From: Yuukianura sp. NJ FZ-2021
Lineage: Eukaryota
Assembly (NCBI GenBank): GCA_046563655.1
Contig: CM102286.1
Span: 10,106,001-10,170,000, forward strand
Direction of reading: 5' to 3'
Length of the DNA stretch: 64,000 bases
Notes under the pieces: generated by a model
Databases searched by the model: none
Told to the model about the DNA's origin: nothing
The model's input: only the letters and a program-made list of their open reading frames with translations
Program-made: the position numbers and the translations under genes
In this document: one piece after another, positions 47,501 through 59,916 of the stretch
Numbering within the stretch: the stretch's first letter is position 1
Layout of the letters: each line of letters begins with the position of its first letter

Positions 47501-48282
47501 GAGTCGACTCAGTTTGCCTAACGCCTCACTCATTTTCTTTTATTTCAGATTCTTACACTACATGAAGCGATTGTTTTGAGCACTCAGTAGCACCAACAGG
47601 AGGTCTAGCAAATTGGATGACCCTTAGTTTTGACGGGGAGTAGGTCACGGTTCGCCCTGCCTCACAGTCCATCCGACCTGTTGACTGCTGCTTGTGTGTA
47701 AAACACGATCATTTCATTTAGTCTTTTCATTTAAAATTTCAATTTGATGGCAAATAAGATTTGCCATGGGTGGCGGTATGTTTGGGAGATTTGAGTCGAC
47801 TCACAGGATTAAGGTTTTATTTTAGGATTTTTTAAGCTTTCAACAAAATGTCTTTAGTTTCTTACAATTCAATTTTACATTTCCTATCTTGTTAGCATAC
47901 ACGCGTCGCAATTCTTATTTTTAGACTACCTCTTTTAGTGTCGTGTGCAAAACCGGACTGTGTCCAGCACACTTTTTCAATTTCTTCATGCAGTCCTGTA
48001 CTAGAGTCCTTTGGTAGTAGTCTCTCTGCTAACGTCTTCTTTTCTTTGGTCCGTCGACCTCTGCATAGAGTCGACTCTTTCGAACAGTAAATAAAGTTAA
48101 TTAAGTAGAAGAATTGGAGGTCAACTTGGAATCGTTGGTCATTGTCAGTTCGGGATAGCACACAGGGTCGTCCCTTCGTTTCTGCAGTGTCAACCGGGTT
48201 CTTTCAATCCACTTTTTACTTAGATTAGACTTTAATTGCTCATTTTCATTCAAAATTAGATACAGTCGGAAATTAACCATCA
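41577..48282 (+). mobile_element. Intact BEL/Pao LTR retrotransposon
   Basis: 504-bp TG..CA LTRs at 41577-42080 and 47779-48282, 5-bp TSD ATGTC, PBS TGGTCCTAATCGAACC at 42086, purine-rich GGGTGGCGGTA before the 3' LTR. Confidence 0.97.
42127..47391 (+). CDS. BEL/Pao Gag-Pol polyprotein (Gag, protease, RT, RNase H, integrase)
   Basis: 1754 aa uninterrupted: RLPKLDLPSFEG, three Cys/His knuckles, FLDPGSESSF, KLRVVFDGS, YVDD, FSDAS, NPAD, GVDYAGP..SDCG..GGLWE integrase. Confidence 0.97.
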   Translation: MGDLLKLIYSRAAIKTKLKRIEGDLTSRQQAPDSVTIAQVKVTSEEITRIETKYENIQEQIVNAITTEEDLVVQVEAGEQIDSLLLSCKIILADFTAMLNPPSSNASTLSSSSVQGAVTTQVNDQSQGTVSTQSRVRLPKLDLPSFEGNYDDWITFRDRFSSCIVNNNTLSGSEKLQYLVSCVKGEAAIGISNFPITNDSFDAAWKTLQDRYENTREIVFALIRKLMQQSKVTSENASHLRKLVDTTMQCLRSLENLGRPTDQWDDLIVYTLVEKMDNDSRREWARQLHGTEMPTTKDVIDFLEDQIRGLLASSLSTAKVKSDKTTHNKKGSHAANEMKSTSCRKCDGSHPIFKCQQFIDLVVQDRLNFAKGNNLCFNCLFRGHGSNKCLSKGTCRHCGRKHHTLLHLDKVSGGQQPPTQQPPATTQQPTVSSNHARGKGVILATALIQMEDSTGSLQSVRAFLDPGSESSFVTDKCASRLGLQRRKCDVTISGVGSTTVCKSKSQVFCKMISMHNEFTLTVDALVLPKVTGYLPSFSCGDEWKQWKHIRNIALADPKFYQPGEVDILIGADATERIFTNNKLLGRPNEPIARSSEFGWVILGPVNIQTNANHVQSSVSSICVHSAHVGLDETLQRLWELEAVSTHPVLTEEEAQAEEHFRKNHSRLEDGRYVIPLPFNNRISELGHSRHAAESRLYQVERRLNKDALRRKQYNEFMHEYVALGHMEEAPIHTETESSPVTTYYLPHHFVLKDDSATTKLRVVFDGSSQSTSGVSLNKCLLVGPTVQPDLFTHLLRFRQFSVAIKADIAKMYRQFLVSPQDMDFQRILWRHSPDTPIKEYRLRTVTYGTSSAPFSATRALSQLSEDGKESFPVGSEILRNNFYVDDLMNSVDSAESAITIYKELDELLGSSQLELRQWDSNCKELLNVIGESKVKGKRTHDLTKCEVSKALGIQWDSDLDILSFPSHKFQVPYVTRKSVLSEAARIFDPLGLLAPFTVRLKIFFQQLWSPCEGTGRRLSWDDPIPETLFHHWEEYRKGIAKLHSVSLPRCLSPAGFTHQELHTFSDASEKAYAAVVYLRSFLPSGVVSIRLVAAKTKVAPLKATSLPRLELCGAYLASKLFTSVVEALNLKCPVHFWTDSEITLTWISSTSRRWTTFVANRVAQIQELTPVGSWHFIPGHLNPADCASRGIQIEDLVDQELWWDVPILQSSEFPKFEGSKPIFDSEQLEERKVKVTMSNFLFDSVFQKFSTLDPLLRRVGYLMRFIQSCRTKVRPTTPLLTAEELKLALWKCCCIAQEVDLSEDLERLSQGKSLLKSSRLIQFNPFADSFGLIRVGGRIMRAEVPHEQKHQIILTASSHLTLLIVRHFHRKHHHAGSRLLQALINREFWILRGKNLIKSVVRSCLVCRRWRGKVAEQMMGNLPAPRVNPSPPFTNTGVDYAGPFSLKTIKGRGGKIFKGYLCVFVCFAVKAVHLEVVSSQDTDSFIATFKRFISRRGVPLNMYSDCGSNFVGASKELKEYVAGSTQSPSFLSFISGEGITWHFNSPAAPHHGGLWESAVRQAKFHLHRVVGSTTLTIEEFYTISSQVEAALNSRPLTPMSDNPEDFDILTPGHFLLGRPILALPQPDYTPIQENRLSRWQRTEKMFQEFWNRWSTEYLTTLQGRGKWRSLHKDIAVGDLVAIKDPNLPPMKWKLGRVSSVSPGADGKVRVVSVKTATGEFTRPIVKLVPLLENDQLDPPLQRLLFRPSRNLQQF

Positions 48283-48617
48283 ATGTCACCTAATGAATGT
48301 ATGAGCTTCCGCAATTTTTTTCTTTGAAAATTGTCCATTTTTTGCGCAAATTTGATAATAGCCAACCACCAAACGTGTTGCCTTAGCAACCTAACCTTCA
48401 CTTGTTTGGAGTGCACCGCACTGCTGTAAACATTCAAAACTTTCAATCCTAAAATTTGTTCGTGTCGTATCGCTGCAGCACGTTGCTGCGCTCGTATAGT
48501 ATAGCAGCAAAAGTTAATTGTTAAAAGTTGTTGTAATTTGTAACTTGCGAATCTTGTCGGGACGTAAGCGTTTAGGGGCAATATTTCTTAGGCTAGTGGC
48601 GTTAATTCTGACCAACA

Positions 48618-51600
48618 ATGCCAGAAGATCCTGGTAAGAAATAATCTTTGCAAAACAAAATCACTTGGCTTCAGCATCTCTCAATTTTTTTTACAGTTCG
48701 TGGACAAGATGAAAAGTCCAAATCCAAATGGTGGAAGCGAGTCAAGGATGACTTTACTTTACGTAATATATCTTCTAATTCAATTTATTTAAAAAAAAGA
48801 TTTATCAGTTTAAGTGTTCATGGAGAACGCTGAGCTACTTTTGTCACATTTCAGCAACGGAATCCATCGCCAACATTTCTCAATATGGACCTGGAAGCGA
48901 TCATCGCTCACTCCAAGTGCCTCAACAACCGCAACTACCAATCCAGACGTATGTCACCAACAAGGTAAAAATCCAATCATCAAAACTGTCATTTCAGTCC
49001 GGATTGAAGTGAGTTGACCATCGTGAAACAATAATTTACTTTGTGCAGATGGAACTAGCCAAACGAACTCAAGCGACAATTTTGATGGCGAGTCAACTAG
49101 CTTCTTTCGTCCCTGACTACGTCCTGAACAACGACTTTCCTAGAATTACTTACGACACTACGCTGGATGCAGTAGTGTTTGTTTGTGACGTCTCTGGATT
49201 CACTGCTCTCACTGAAGCTTACAGTCTTCGCGGTAAGAGCAGATTTCATGCTGAGGCGAAATTAATTTGAACTGGCATTTCAAATTCACAAGAGTTTAGC
49301 AACAATAAGTTTAAACAATTTAAACGTTATTATGCAGGGAAGGGCGGTACAGAACAATTGACGAAGACGTTGAGTGGCTACATGAATCCTCTAGTAGAAT
49401 GCATTCTGCGTGCTGGTGGTGACATTATCAAGTACGCTGGAGACGCCTTCTTGGCAATTTGGCGCGTGTACAACGGGCAGTTCCGGAAAGAGCTCATGCG
49501 CGTAGCGGATTGTGCTTTGTATATTCAGGAAGCATATGGATCCGTCTTCTGTGCTGATGTTGATATTACCATTCGAGGTAAAAGAACGCGAATGCACGAT
49601 TGTTCTAACCATGAATAAGGATTTGTCAAACATTGATTCTTGAAAAATTTGCAGTGAAAATGGGCATTGCGGCGGGGATAGCACATGAATGTGTCATTGG
49701 AAATGCAGACTACCATCACTATGTGACCTTTGGGCGTGGCGTTGAAGATGCTTCTGAAGCGGAGCATCATTGTGACAAGGGTGATGTCATCCTGGCACCT
49801 TCTGCATGGGAACACCTCAATCCAACGGATTTCAATTTTGTTACTCGCGAGCACCATTTTGTTAAAATCACCGACATTTTGAATTACCCCGAAGGAGAAC
49901 CACGCGGAAGGCCAGTTGAGGAGAAGGGAAAGCCGATGCGGGTCAAAGGTCAAGACAGCAATTTACATTTTGTTTTAAATAGTTAACCAAGCATATACAT
50001 CATTTACAAACTTCTCATAGTCTTATTTTTAAGCACTTAAGTTTGATTTTTGTGTCGCCTTCGTTTCTGGTAGACCTTCGCCCGACAATTGTGGGAACGA
50101 TTGAGCACAAAGGCGTCGAACAATTGCGTCCTTACGTTATTCCACCGGTGCACAAAATTGTATGTTTTCGAAAGTCATTCCTCATTTTTTTGTAAATTAA
50201 TCTACGCTTCATATGTTTTTTGGTTTAAACGTTTTCTCCAAATCTGTTTTAGCTTGATGCCAACATGCCCTTGGATTATTTGAACGAAAGTAGACAGACG
50301 TCCATTTGCTTCATCAAGTTGGAATTGAGACCATTTGATTCGAATGCATCGTACGTGCCATATATGTACAAAATAACATATATAATAATGTAAAAAATTC
50401 ATCTACCTGTGTTTTATTTGCACAGATTTGTTGACACCATGTTGGGCTTTGTTCAACGAGCATTTCGAATCATATATGATTCAGCTAAGCTCACCGGCGG
50501 CTCACTTACCAAAATTAGTAAGCAACAAACAATGTTTTTCGTGGATGCTTTTGTAACTAGTGCTCTTTGGTTTCAGTTATGTTTGACAAAGGACTGACTT
50601 ATCTCGTAGCGTTTGGACTTCCTGGATACTTGCACAGCAACCAGAGCGCAAACGCTCTGGAGTTCTCGCACAGAGTCAAAGGACTTGTTTTGCAGCTCAA
50701 AGGAGTAAGCGAAATCAGTCTCGGTGTGACAACAGGAACTACGTACTGTGGACTCCTGGGACACCCCAAACGTCAAGAGTACACCGTTATTGGTATAATG
50801 GTCAACAAAGCTGCTCGACTCATGTGCAATTACCCGGGACTTGTTTCATGCGACCAAGACACACTCTTCCACTCTAAAAGACCAATTCATCACTTCTCCA
50901 TTCTACCCAAGAAAGTACTGAAAGGGATTTCAGCTGCTGGAAATATCTACGAATATCTTGGCGCAGAATTGTAAACTGACCTCACCGACCTCTAGAGTTC
51001 GTTTCTTTCAAATTGAATCTAAACTTTTTTTGTGTGATTGACAGAGGAGAGGATCAGAGTGTGAAGTCCTTCGAATATCCAATGATTAACAGAGACTCGG
51101 AACTGAAGTTCTTTCGAGCAGTGTTAGAATCCTGTGATGCTGAATTTACCAGGGTTAGTTAATACCTCAGCATCATTTTCTGCAACCTTCTCCAATTTAT
51201 TTTCAATTTTGACGCGAAACACTTTTTAAAATCCATTTTATTTTAGTGTAATTTGCGTTCGTTCTTTCACATAGTTCATTCAAGCGCATCGACTTCAAGG
51301 CGACTATGATTTACGGATGACGAAGGATGTGTACGCAACGGGACTGTGGATGTTGTGGTAAACACTAACCCGCAACGCTTAATTTTCCTTTCGAATTCAA
51401 AATTTTCAAAATGTATTTCTAAACCCCTGTTTGAATTTTAGTGTCGAAGGGGACGTAGGAATGGGTAAGAATTAAGAATTTGTTTTCTGTTTTTTATGGA
51501 GTAATTTACATATTAATTTCACGCTGTTTTCTTCATTCTTTCTTTAGGAAAAAGTCGTCTTCTTAGTGCATTTGTTCAAGAAGCAAACGAAGTGGAGAAC

Positions 51601-54600
51601 ATGGTCATTTTTTCACTGACGGTGACAATGTTGCTCAAAGAGTCGCTCGTCGCCATTCGCTCGTTGCTTTACCAAGCATTTGAGCTTGAAGGAATCACTT
51701 CCGTACAGGAAAAGGAAGAGCATCTTCGAAAAGTTTCTCGAGACGATCCTGACCTAGTCGCAGGGCTCTGCCTTTTGAATGAAGCCCTCAATGTCAAGTT
51801 CCCGTTCCATCCGAAATACCAAATGGCGGATTTACATTCCAGACATTTGTATGCTCAGCATGTCGCTGCTCAACTCCTACGCAGAATTTGGCCAGAAAAG
51901 TAAGATGAAACACTTTTAAGTGCTAATACTGTTATTTATAGTCGTTTCTAACAACTGATGATAAATTCAATTTAACTACACAGACTGCTGCTGTTTGTGA
52001 TTGACGATGCACACTTGATGGATCCGCAGAGTTGGGACTATCTGTTCTACTTGTCCCACTCTCCGCATGTCGTCGTAATTCTGTCCATACTACGTACGCC
52101 TTCTGGAGCTCCCAAGCTTGACTCTTCTGTGATGCACATTCTCTACGGACAGAAGAACGTGAAGATCCTCAAACTGACAAAGATGGATGTTGCCCATTCC
52201 GTTTCACTGGCATGTCAAATGATGGAGGTGTTTGCCATTCCGCAGGAACTGGAGAAGATTCTGGTTCAGAAATCCAATGGAAATCCGGCATGGATAGAGC
52301 AAGTTCTGTCTGAGATGCTGCGAACCGGTCTGCTCAAGATAGTTCGTTACGAGCTCTCGGACGTCGCTAGACGCAAACTGAAATTGAGCATAGTCAACGC
52401 TAAGTACATCCGGCGGCTTGAGTAAGGACGTGAATTTTCACGTGCGAAATTGTGGGTTCTAGAAGTTAATTGATTCATTTTCAGGTTGGGCAATAAACCA
52501 GCACGAGCTTCCCGATCTCAGGAGGCGTCAGTGAGTTCGTCCAAGGACTCATTATACAGCGTGGTGTCAGCCAGTAGAGTCCAAGCACAGGTGAGGTCAA
52601 ATTTAACTTTGTTAAATATTTTTAGAAAAGTAATTACTAGTTAACTTACTTTTTAGAAGAATCGCCGAGAGCAGAAGGTGGTTGAGGCTGCGGAGCAGCG
52701 CATGTGCGTTGTGAAGAGTGACACAAACTTAAGCTCCACCCCAATTCCGGGAACTTTGAAGGAGATTTTGCTGGATATGTTTGACGAATTGAATTCCAAT
52801 GAGCAGATGCTGCTCAAATGTGCTTCTGTACTTGGATCTCGTTTTGCACGGCAGATGCTCATATGCCTCATTCCACTTTACGAAGTCAATGCTCAGAAGT
52901 ATCAGAATGGCTTTAAGCGACTCATGGAGGCCAAGGTCAGCGTCCACTTATTAATTAATGCTTTAAAATATTTTAGAATATGCAAAATTTCAAAAAATAA
53001 TCATTTTTTGAAGGTGATTCGATGCGCATCTACTCCTCATGCCCAACCACGACAAAACGACGACGACGTGGGGAAGGATATGATCGACTGTTTCTGTCGA
53101 TTTACTAAGCAAGAACTCAAAGAAATTGAAAAACTCGCGCACACAGACAAAGACAAGAGGACTTCGGGAGTCAAGTCTCCTCAGTATCCCAACTGCAAGT
53201 TCATGCAATTCACAAAAGTAATCTCACAGCATGCGAACTATCCTTAAATGCCATACTTTGTCTTGTTTACAAGTTTGCAACAATTTTATTTGTAGGAAAG
53301 TATGTTAGAAGTCGTATACGAACTTATGACTGAAGATCAGCGGAAGGAACTTCACCTACGAGCTGCCCAATTCCTTGACACTTCTATAATTCGTTGTGGA
53401 ATTCACGGTGGAGACGATACGGCTTACCAATTTGGATTTACCATCAAAGGCAGTGGAGACGTTGGAGCAGATCACGTGAGTTTCAAAACGATATTACAAA
53501 ATGATGATGAAATTTATTTCCATTCAAATTACATGAACATTTTGAACAGGAAGAGGCTTTGCGACAAGCAGCAGGCCAAGGCAAACGACGCCGTAGTTTC
53601 TACGGGGCAGCACAAGCTGTTGCTTTAAAGAAGATAAATCAAGCTGACGAGGCCTTGGAAGAAAATTTTGCCATGTAAAAAATTTAAACGTTTTTTTAGG
53701 TTAGTACAAAGTACAACCGCTTGAATTTCTAAATATTTTTTTTGTTTAGAAATAATGCTGGGGATAAGAAGCAAAAGAAGCATGAGATTCACAAAGCAGA
53801 TACAAACAGAAAAATTTATGGAGCGACACCTTCCAACACGGCTAAACTGGATTTTAGTGTGCTTGAAGAAATTGACAAGTTGGATGCCAAGCAAAAGTTG
53901 AAGAAAAAACAAAATTCGTGTTGGCGAACGCGAACTTTAGAGGTAAACTTTAGTCAAAAATAAAACAGAAGTAAAAGGTATTTTTTTTTTATAAATGCAA
54001 GCGTTTTGTCAAATTTTTTGCAAAAAAAAAAGTACAATTTTTTTTAGATAGAGGAGCCGACAGAGTACCAGTTGGAAATTAAGAAATTGTCAGTAGCTGA
54101 AGATGGCGGTGGTGGCGATATTAGTGAAGTTCCATCAGCGCTCGAAGTGGCGGCGTATAGTGGTGGCAACCGACGAGGTGGCGATGGTTCCGAAGTAGTT
54201 GACATTCGTGGTTGTGCTTGCACAAACATCCAAGCTAAAGTGTGTCTTGAAATGGTGAAGCATTACCGACAAGCCGGTAATCAAAAATATTTTTAACATA
54301 AAAGACTATCATGCTGCTGTTCCATAGTTTGGAAAACTTTTGCCTGTTGAAAACCTGTGACATCTCACTTTTTTTTAGAAAAGTACGGGAAATGTTTGGT
54401 GAACTTGTTGGATGCTGGAGAATGTGCCGTTACAATTGGAAACAGTGGCCAAGCCCTGATTCATCTAGAAGACGCAGAAGCCCTTGTTGCTGCCATCAAA
54501 AGTGGTCAACTGCCTGCTCCGCTTTCTGGCGGTAACCATTTTTGGCGCAATTTTTACAATGCTTGCTTCTGGCAGTGTGGATTAGAATTTGTAAAGCTTT

Positions 54601-56875
54601 TGCATGTTGCATAGACCCTGATGATCTAACAATCGACGAAGAGGAAGTAGCAATTCAAGTTGAATTCCTCAATGGTCTCACCTACTTTGAACTTGGAATT
54701 CATCTCAAAGCTCGCGAATTCTTTCTCAAGTCCATAACTTAACCTTCTAAAAACATTACCGCTTACTGCTATTGCTTACTGAAATTTGATTTTGGTTGTC
54801 AAAATTAACTGTTTCTGGCAGATCACTCAAGCGCTTTGGAATGGAGATTCCGAATGTGGAAGACAAAGTGAAGATTAGCACGGACACTCTATTTCTCAAT
54901 TCCAGATTGTGGCGCCGACATTCCCTCGGTACATGCAACTGCTTTCGGCCGCACGTCGACGAAGAACTTGAAGTCGAACCGTATGTGTATCAGAATAAAC
55001 AATGTTGTTTCGTGGTGGTGATTGACGTCGACATTTTTTGTTTTCCTTAGGTCGGTTTCCTTGAAGCTGCGTATTTTGACTTATCTCCAAGTTCTGTTCA
55101 AGGTGGATCGAAAGTACGACATGGCTTTACTTGTCGCACTGTATCAAGTACTTACTGCCGAGAAAGGAAGTGGATCGTACCAGGTTGAAAACTTTTGTTT
55201 AATGTTGACATTATAACATTTTCATTTTTGAAAAATAGAATCGTCATAATTTGAATGTTGACGGATATTTTTTCCAGGACATTCTTCCCGCCTACTGCAC
55301 CATGATGGAAACCTATTGTTCAATGAATGACCACAAGAAAGCACATGTGTATGAAAAGTTGGCAGTGAAACTTGTGCGTCAGACGTTTGCCAAGTTGGGT
55401 GACGAGTCAATGTCTCCACTAGGCCTCTACACCGTAGCGGCAGTATTTTCGACAGTGTCGCTCATTCGTTGCGTCCGTGGTGAGCTTAGCTCGGCCATTG
55501 AGGCTGGCTACCTTAGCCTCAGAATTGCAAAAACAATGCACGATAATGCGATTGCTATGCAAGTTTACCCGAGAATCATCATTTCACTCTTGATGGGACT
55601 TCGAATTTCGGAAGTCGTGGAAGTACTTCAAAAACTTTGGTAAACGTTTCATCAAAAGCATTTTTGAAGTGATTTCTTCAAAACGTCTATTTCAAGCTCT
55701 ACTTTTAGCACGCAAAAGTAGTGGAAAGCAATATAATTTGAATTTTGTAGGTACACTTCGGAAGAAGAAGAAGATTGGAATGGAACTTCGATGTATTGGA
55801 CACTTTGCCTCAACTTGTTACTCTACACAGCTTACCCTATGGAACCTTACGCAGCGTTAGAAGCCTAATTTCACATATTTGAATAAATTATGTAACTTTA
55901 TGTTATTTAGTGATGTATTTGTTCGCACAAACTTGTAAGTTTTACCGACCTTTTGTAATAAGCGAAGAGTAAGTGTCGTTCTTTTGTTTAGGTGTGAGCA
56001 CTTTGTGACGCATTGCGACTGGGGATCTGACGTTCAGTTGTTCCGAATGTACGAAGTTCAGTTTAACATTGAAAGTTCTGTTGCCTTGTGGAATGCACGA
56101 TTCGGGCGTTGGGACATGGCTCAGAAGTGGATCGACCGGGTATTTTAGTTGTATTTAAATTAAAGGTCAAGGGTCATCACCCAACAACTTCTTTATCCTT
56201 AGGCTGTCAAGTCGAAACCTAAGTTGGTCAACTACTTCACTGTGGAAGCCCAATTGAAACTTTTGGAATGCGAACTGATGTTTGTGAACCATTACTTGGA
56301 GGCAAAGCGATACCAGCACTTTGCAAAGTCACGGAATACTGCTAAGCAGCTCATGAGCAGCCTCGAAGTTAACACGCAACGCGTTCCAGTTCTTCAACCG
56401 AGGTAGGTTTGATCAAATCTTTAGAACCAAATTTACTTCCTTGAATTTTCACGTTACAAAGACAAAGTGACCAAATTTTGTTAAGGTTCTTCCATCTGAT
56501 GGCTTACTACTGTCGAATCAGTAGTAGAACAGGAGAATCTGAAAAACATTTGCGACGAGCCGAGAAGCTGGCGACTGCCCAAGGAAATATGTTGGAGTTG
56601 GAATGGATTGCTCACAATCGAACAGTAAGTTAAACAATTTTTAAGTTATTAGTTTGTCAAAAACATTATCCAATTTTCGTTTTCATTCAAAACATCTGAA
56701 AAACATAAAGATTTTTGCATTACTTTATTGTTAGGTTTGGAACGACACTGCAATTCCTACTATCAAGTACTTCTGGCTGGAGCATGTCGAAACTAATTCC
56801 CTGAACTGGCATCAGTCCTCCAGTGTCCCGTGGTCAAACATTATGTTTTCACTTCCACTTCCTACTTGGAAGTGA
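48618..56875 (+). CDS. ADCY10: Soluble adenylyl cyclase type 10-like, many short introns (two cyclase domains, P-loop, helical C-terminus)
   Basis: Exons encode VCDVSGFTALTE, GGDIIKYAGDAFLAIW, FDKG..FGLPG, GHPKRQEYTVIG..VNKAARLM, EGDVGMG|KS and IDDAH.MD..SW. Last exon ends FSLPLPTWK*. Start exon tentative. Confidence 0.92.
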
Positions 56876-58036
56876 ACTTCTTTCCCTAACAGATTCTCAT
56901 TTCTGATCACATGTTTACATTTTTTCAAAATTGATTTTTAAACAGTTCGCATTTAAAAAAACGTCTTGAAATAAACGTAAAGAGGCAGCGAACGAAACTT
57001 GAAAGCAACCAGTTTATATTTATGGATTGGTAAATTGCCTTCCTAAGAAATGAAAATCTAATTCTCTTTAAGAGTGTGATGAAAAGAAGTCAGCGACCTC
57101 AAAGGATCACATAATTTAAATATTCAATTAGCAAAAGAAACTTCTTCTGTCTTTAAATCTAAAATTAGATTTACAATTTACTTACTTTAAAACATTATAA
57201 CTTCTTAAATTCTCAACCTGCCATTATTGGCAGGTGTTTGTCTTTTATAATTAATAAAAGTTTAAAAAATTTACAAATATTCTAATTTGGAGTAACTTGT
57301 AACTCCAGACTTTCCTCGTAGTTTCCGGCTGGGGCCCTATGAAAGGACCCTGCCCTGACTGTACGTATTCATTCTACATTGTGACTCTGCTCCGCTTGAA
57401 ACAGACTTCACCTTTACTACTCGCGGTTTGACCTCTGCGAGGTCAAACAGCACTTTCATTTTTCCTTTAAGTTTTTAATAAAAAGTTAAATTTTTACATT
57501 GAAACAAGCAAGGTCAACAAAGGTTGTAGTGTGTTGTCGTCTTTTCTTTAGGCCTAAAAGGCCTATTGACTACAAGAGGAAAAAATGGAACACGATTATG
57601 ACATAATGCAGTCTACAGCTAGAAAATACCAACACATTCTCGATGCCGCCACGTTCTTGGTTTTATAATGGAACTACTTAACAAATTGTTATGTATAACA
57701 CCGAATGCAACAAAAATAAATTGTATGGTTGGATATCAGTATTTTAATCGTAGCAGGTGAAATGGCCAAAAACTTTTGGGCAAAAGTGAAATAACCAAAG
57801 GCGAAAAGGGCAGAATTTGAAAGACATTATAGGTGACCTGAGTTTTTTTCTTTTTTGGCCTTTCTTTCTGGCCTTTTCCTTTTTGATCATTTCACTTTTC
57901 GCCCAAATCACATGGAACCATTTTAATGCAGAACAGCACACACACTTAGGGTGTGTGTGCATGTGTGCTAACCATGTAAAACAGAAAATTTTGGAAAGTG
58001 TAGATTAGAATTTCACAAATCCAGATCCTATACAAG

Positions 58037-59916
58037 TATGGAGGGATATTAGTAGCAAAACTATTTTACTTTCCCCCGCCAATTAAAGTTTCCCGAATTA
58101 AAAAAGTTAACTTTCCCCCATTTATTTAATTGGCGAAAAGTTAATTTAATTGGGGAAACTTTAATCGGCGAAAAGTTAATCGGGAAACTTTAATTGGCGA
58201 AAAGTTTATTGGGGAAACTTTAATCGGCGAAAAAGTCTAAGCGTACGGTAAAAAGCGTACGCTTAGAAAACGTACGCTTAGAACAATTGGGGAGAAAAGT
58301 CTAAGCGTACGGTAAAAAACGTACGCTTAGAACCAATTGGGGAGGAAAGTCTAAGCGTACAGTAAAAAGCGTACGCTTAGAAAACGTACGCTTAGAACAA
58401 TTGGGGAGAAAAGTCTAAGCGTACGGTAAAAAACGTACGCTTAGAGAACGTACGCTTAGAACCAATTGGGGAGAAAAGTCTAAGCGTACAGTAAAAAGCG
58501 TACGCTTAGAAAAGCGTACGCTTAGACAAATACTGATATAACTAAATATAACCTTACTCGAAACGATTAAAATTTGCATTCTATAAATTACAGAATATAT
58601 TGATTATGTTGATTACAGAATATTATTTATTTTTATTATAAAATATGAATCTTACAAATACTTTATTTCTCATATGCTTTCCTACGGTTTTGAAAAATGT
58701 ATGGCGCCATAATTTAAATGATGTCTTCACTAATGTAAATAAACCGTTGTAAACGCCGTACGTAAGTAGCGTAAGGACGCTAGAGTGCACAACCCAGAAA
58801 GTGTGTACTTCCGGTAAAACCGGAGCCTTATTAATCACTCCCCAGGCTATGCCAAACTGGATGACGAAAACAGATTGCAAATAGGTCCAGGGGTTTTGGA
58901 GGTATAGTTATAGTGCAGACAGGCAGACGGACAGACAGACATACTCCGGGAAAAACATAAAGTAGGTCATGATTCGCCGAGTAGGACGAGGGTCGCAATT
59001 TTGCAACTTTTATCGTCTGTATCTCTGTAACCGTAGATCAATTGTCAAGGTCACCTTTATAAAAGCTGTTATGCCCAATGAGATAAACAACTTTTGTAGA
59101 GGTCATTTGTGCGATTTCCGTCATTAAAGTATTTGACCTTTGACCTAGACAACTTCCGGTCAAGCTGGACACTGATTAAGCACCCCTAGAACATGTGAAA
59201 CGCAAATGTGAAAACAGATTGAAGATCGGTCCAGCGGTTCCAGAGCTAGCTTGACCAGCAGACAGATGGACAGACGCACAGACGGACAGACAGACCCGGG
59301 GAAAAACATAAAGTAGCTCATACTTTCGCTACTTAATAATGGCATCACGAAGACATCATTTAAATTATGGCGCCATACATTTTTCAAAACCGTAGGAAAG
59401 CATATGAGAAATAAAGTATTTGTAAGATTCATATTTTATAATAAAAATAAATAATATTCTGTAATCAACATAATCAATATATTCTGTAATTTATAGAATG
59501 CAAATTTTAATCGTTTCGAGTAAGGTTATATTTAGTTATATCAGTATTTGTCTAAGCGTACGCTTTTCTAAGCGTACGCTTTTTACTGTACGCTTAGACT
59601 TTTCTCCCCAATTGGTTCTAAGCGTACGTTCTCTAAGCGTACGTTTTTTACTGTACGCTTAGACTTTTGTTCTAAGCGTACGTTTTCTAAGCGTACGCTT
59701 TTTACCGTACGCTTAGACTTTTTCGCCGATTAAAGTTTCCCCAATAAACTTTTCGCCAATTAAAGTTTCCCCGATTAACTTTTCGCCGATTAAAGTTTCC
59801 CCAATTAAATTAACTTTTCGCCAATTAAATAAATGGGGGAAAGTTAACTTTTTTAATTCGGGAAACTTTAATTGGCGGGGACAGTAAAATAGTTTTGCTA
59901 CTAATATCCCTCCATA
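58037..59916. mobile_element. Foldback-like non-autonomous DNA element with long modular TIRs
   Basis: Near-perfect inverted arms 58037-58728 and 59349-59916, differing mainly in copy number of ctaagcgtacg modules. Flanked by direct repeat TACAAG (58031-58036, 59917-59922). No transposase. Confidence 0.9.

Noticed and set aside
41690..48289. Antisense and alternate-frame ORFs in the BEL element and its LTRs
   Set aside because: Shadow ORFs of the polyprotein; duplication is explained by the LTRs.
58230..58530. CRISPR-like repeat array
   Set aside because: No unique spacers, eukaryotic context, and part of the foldback arms.
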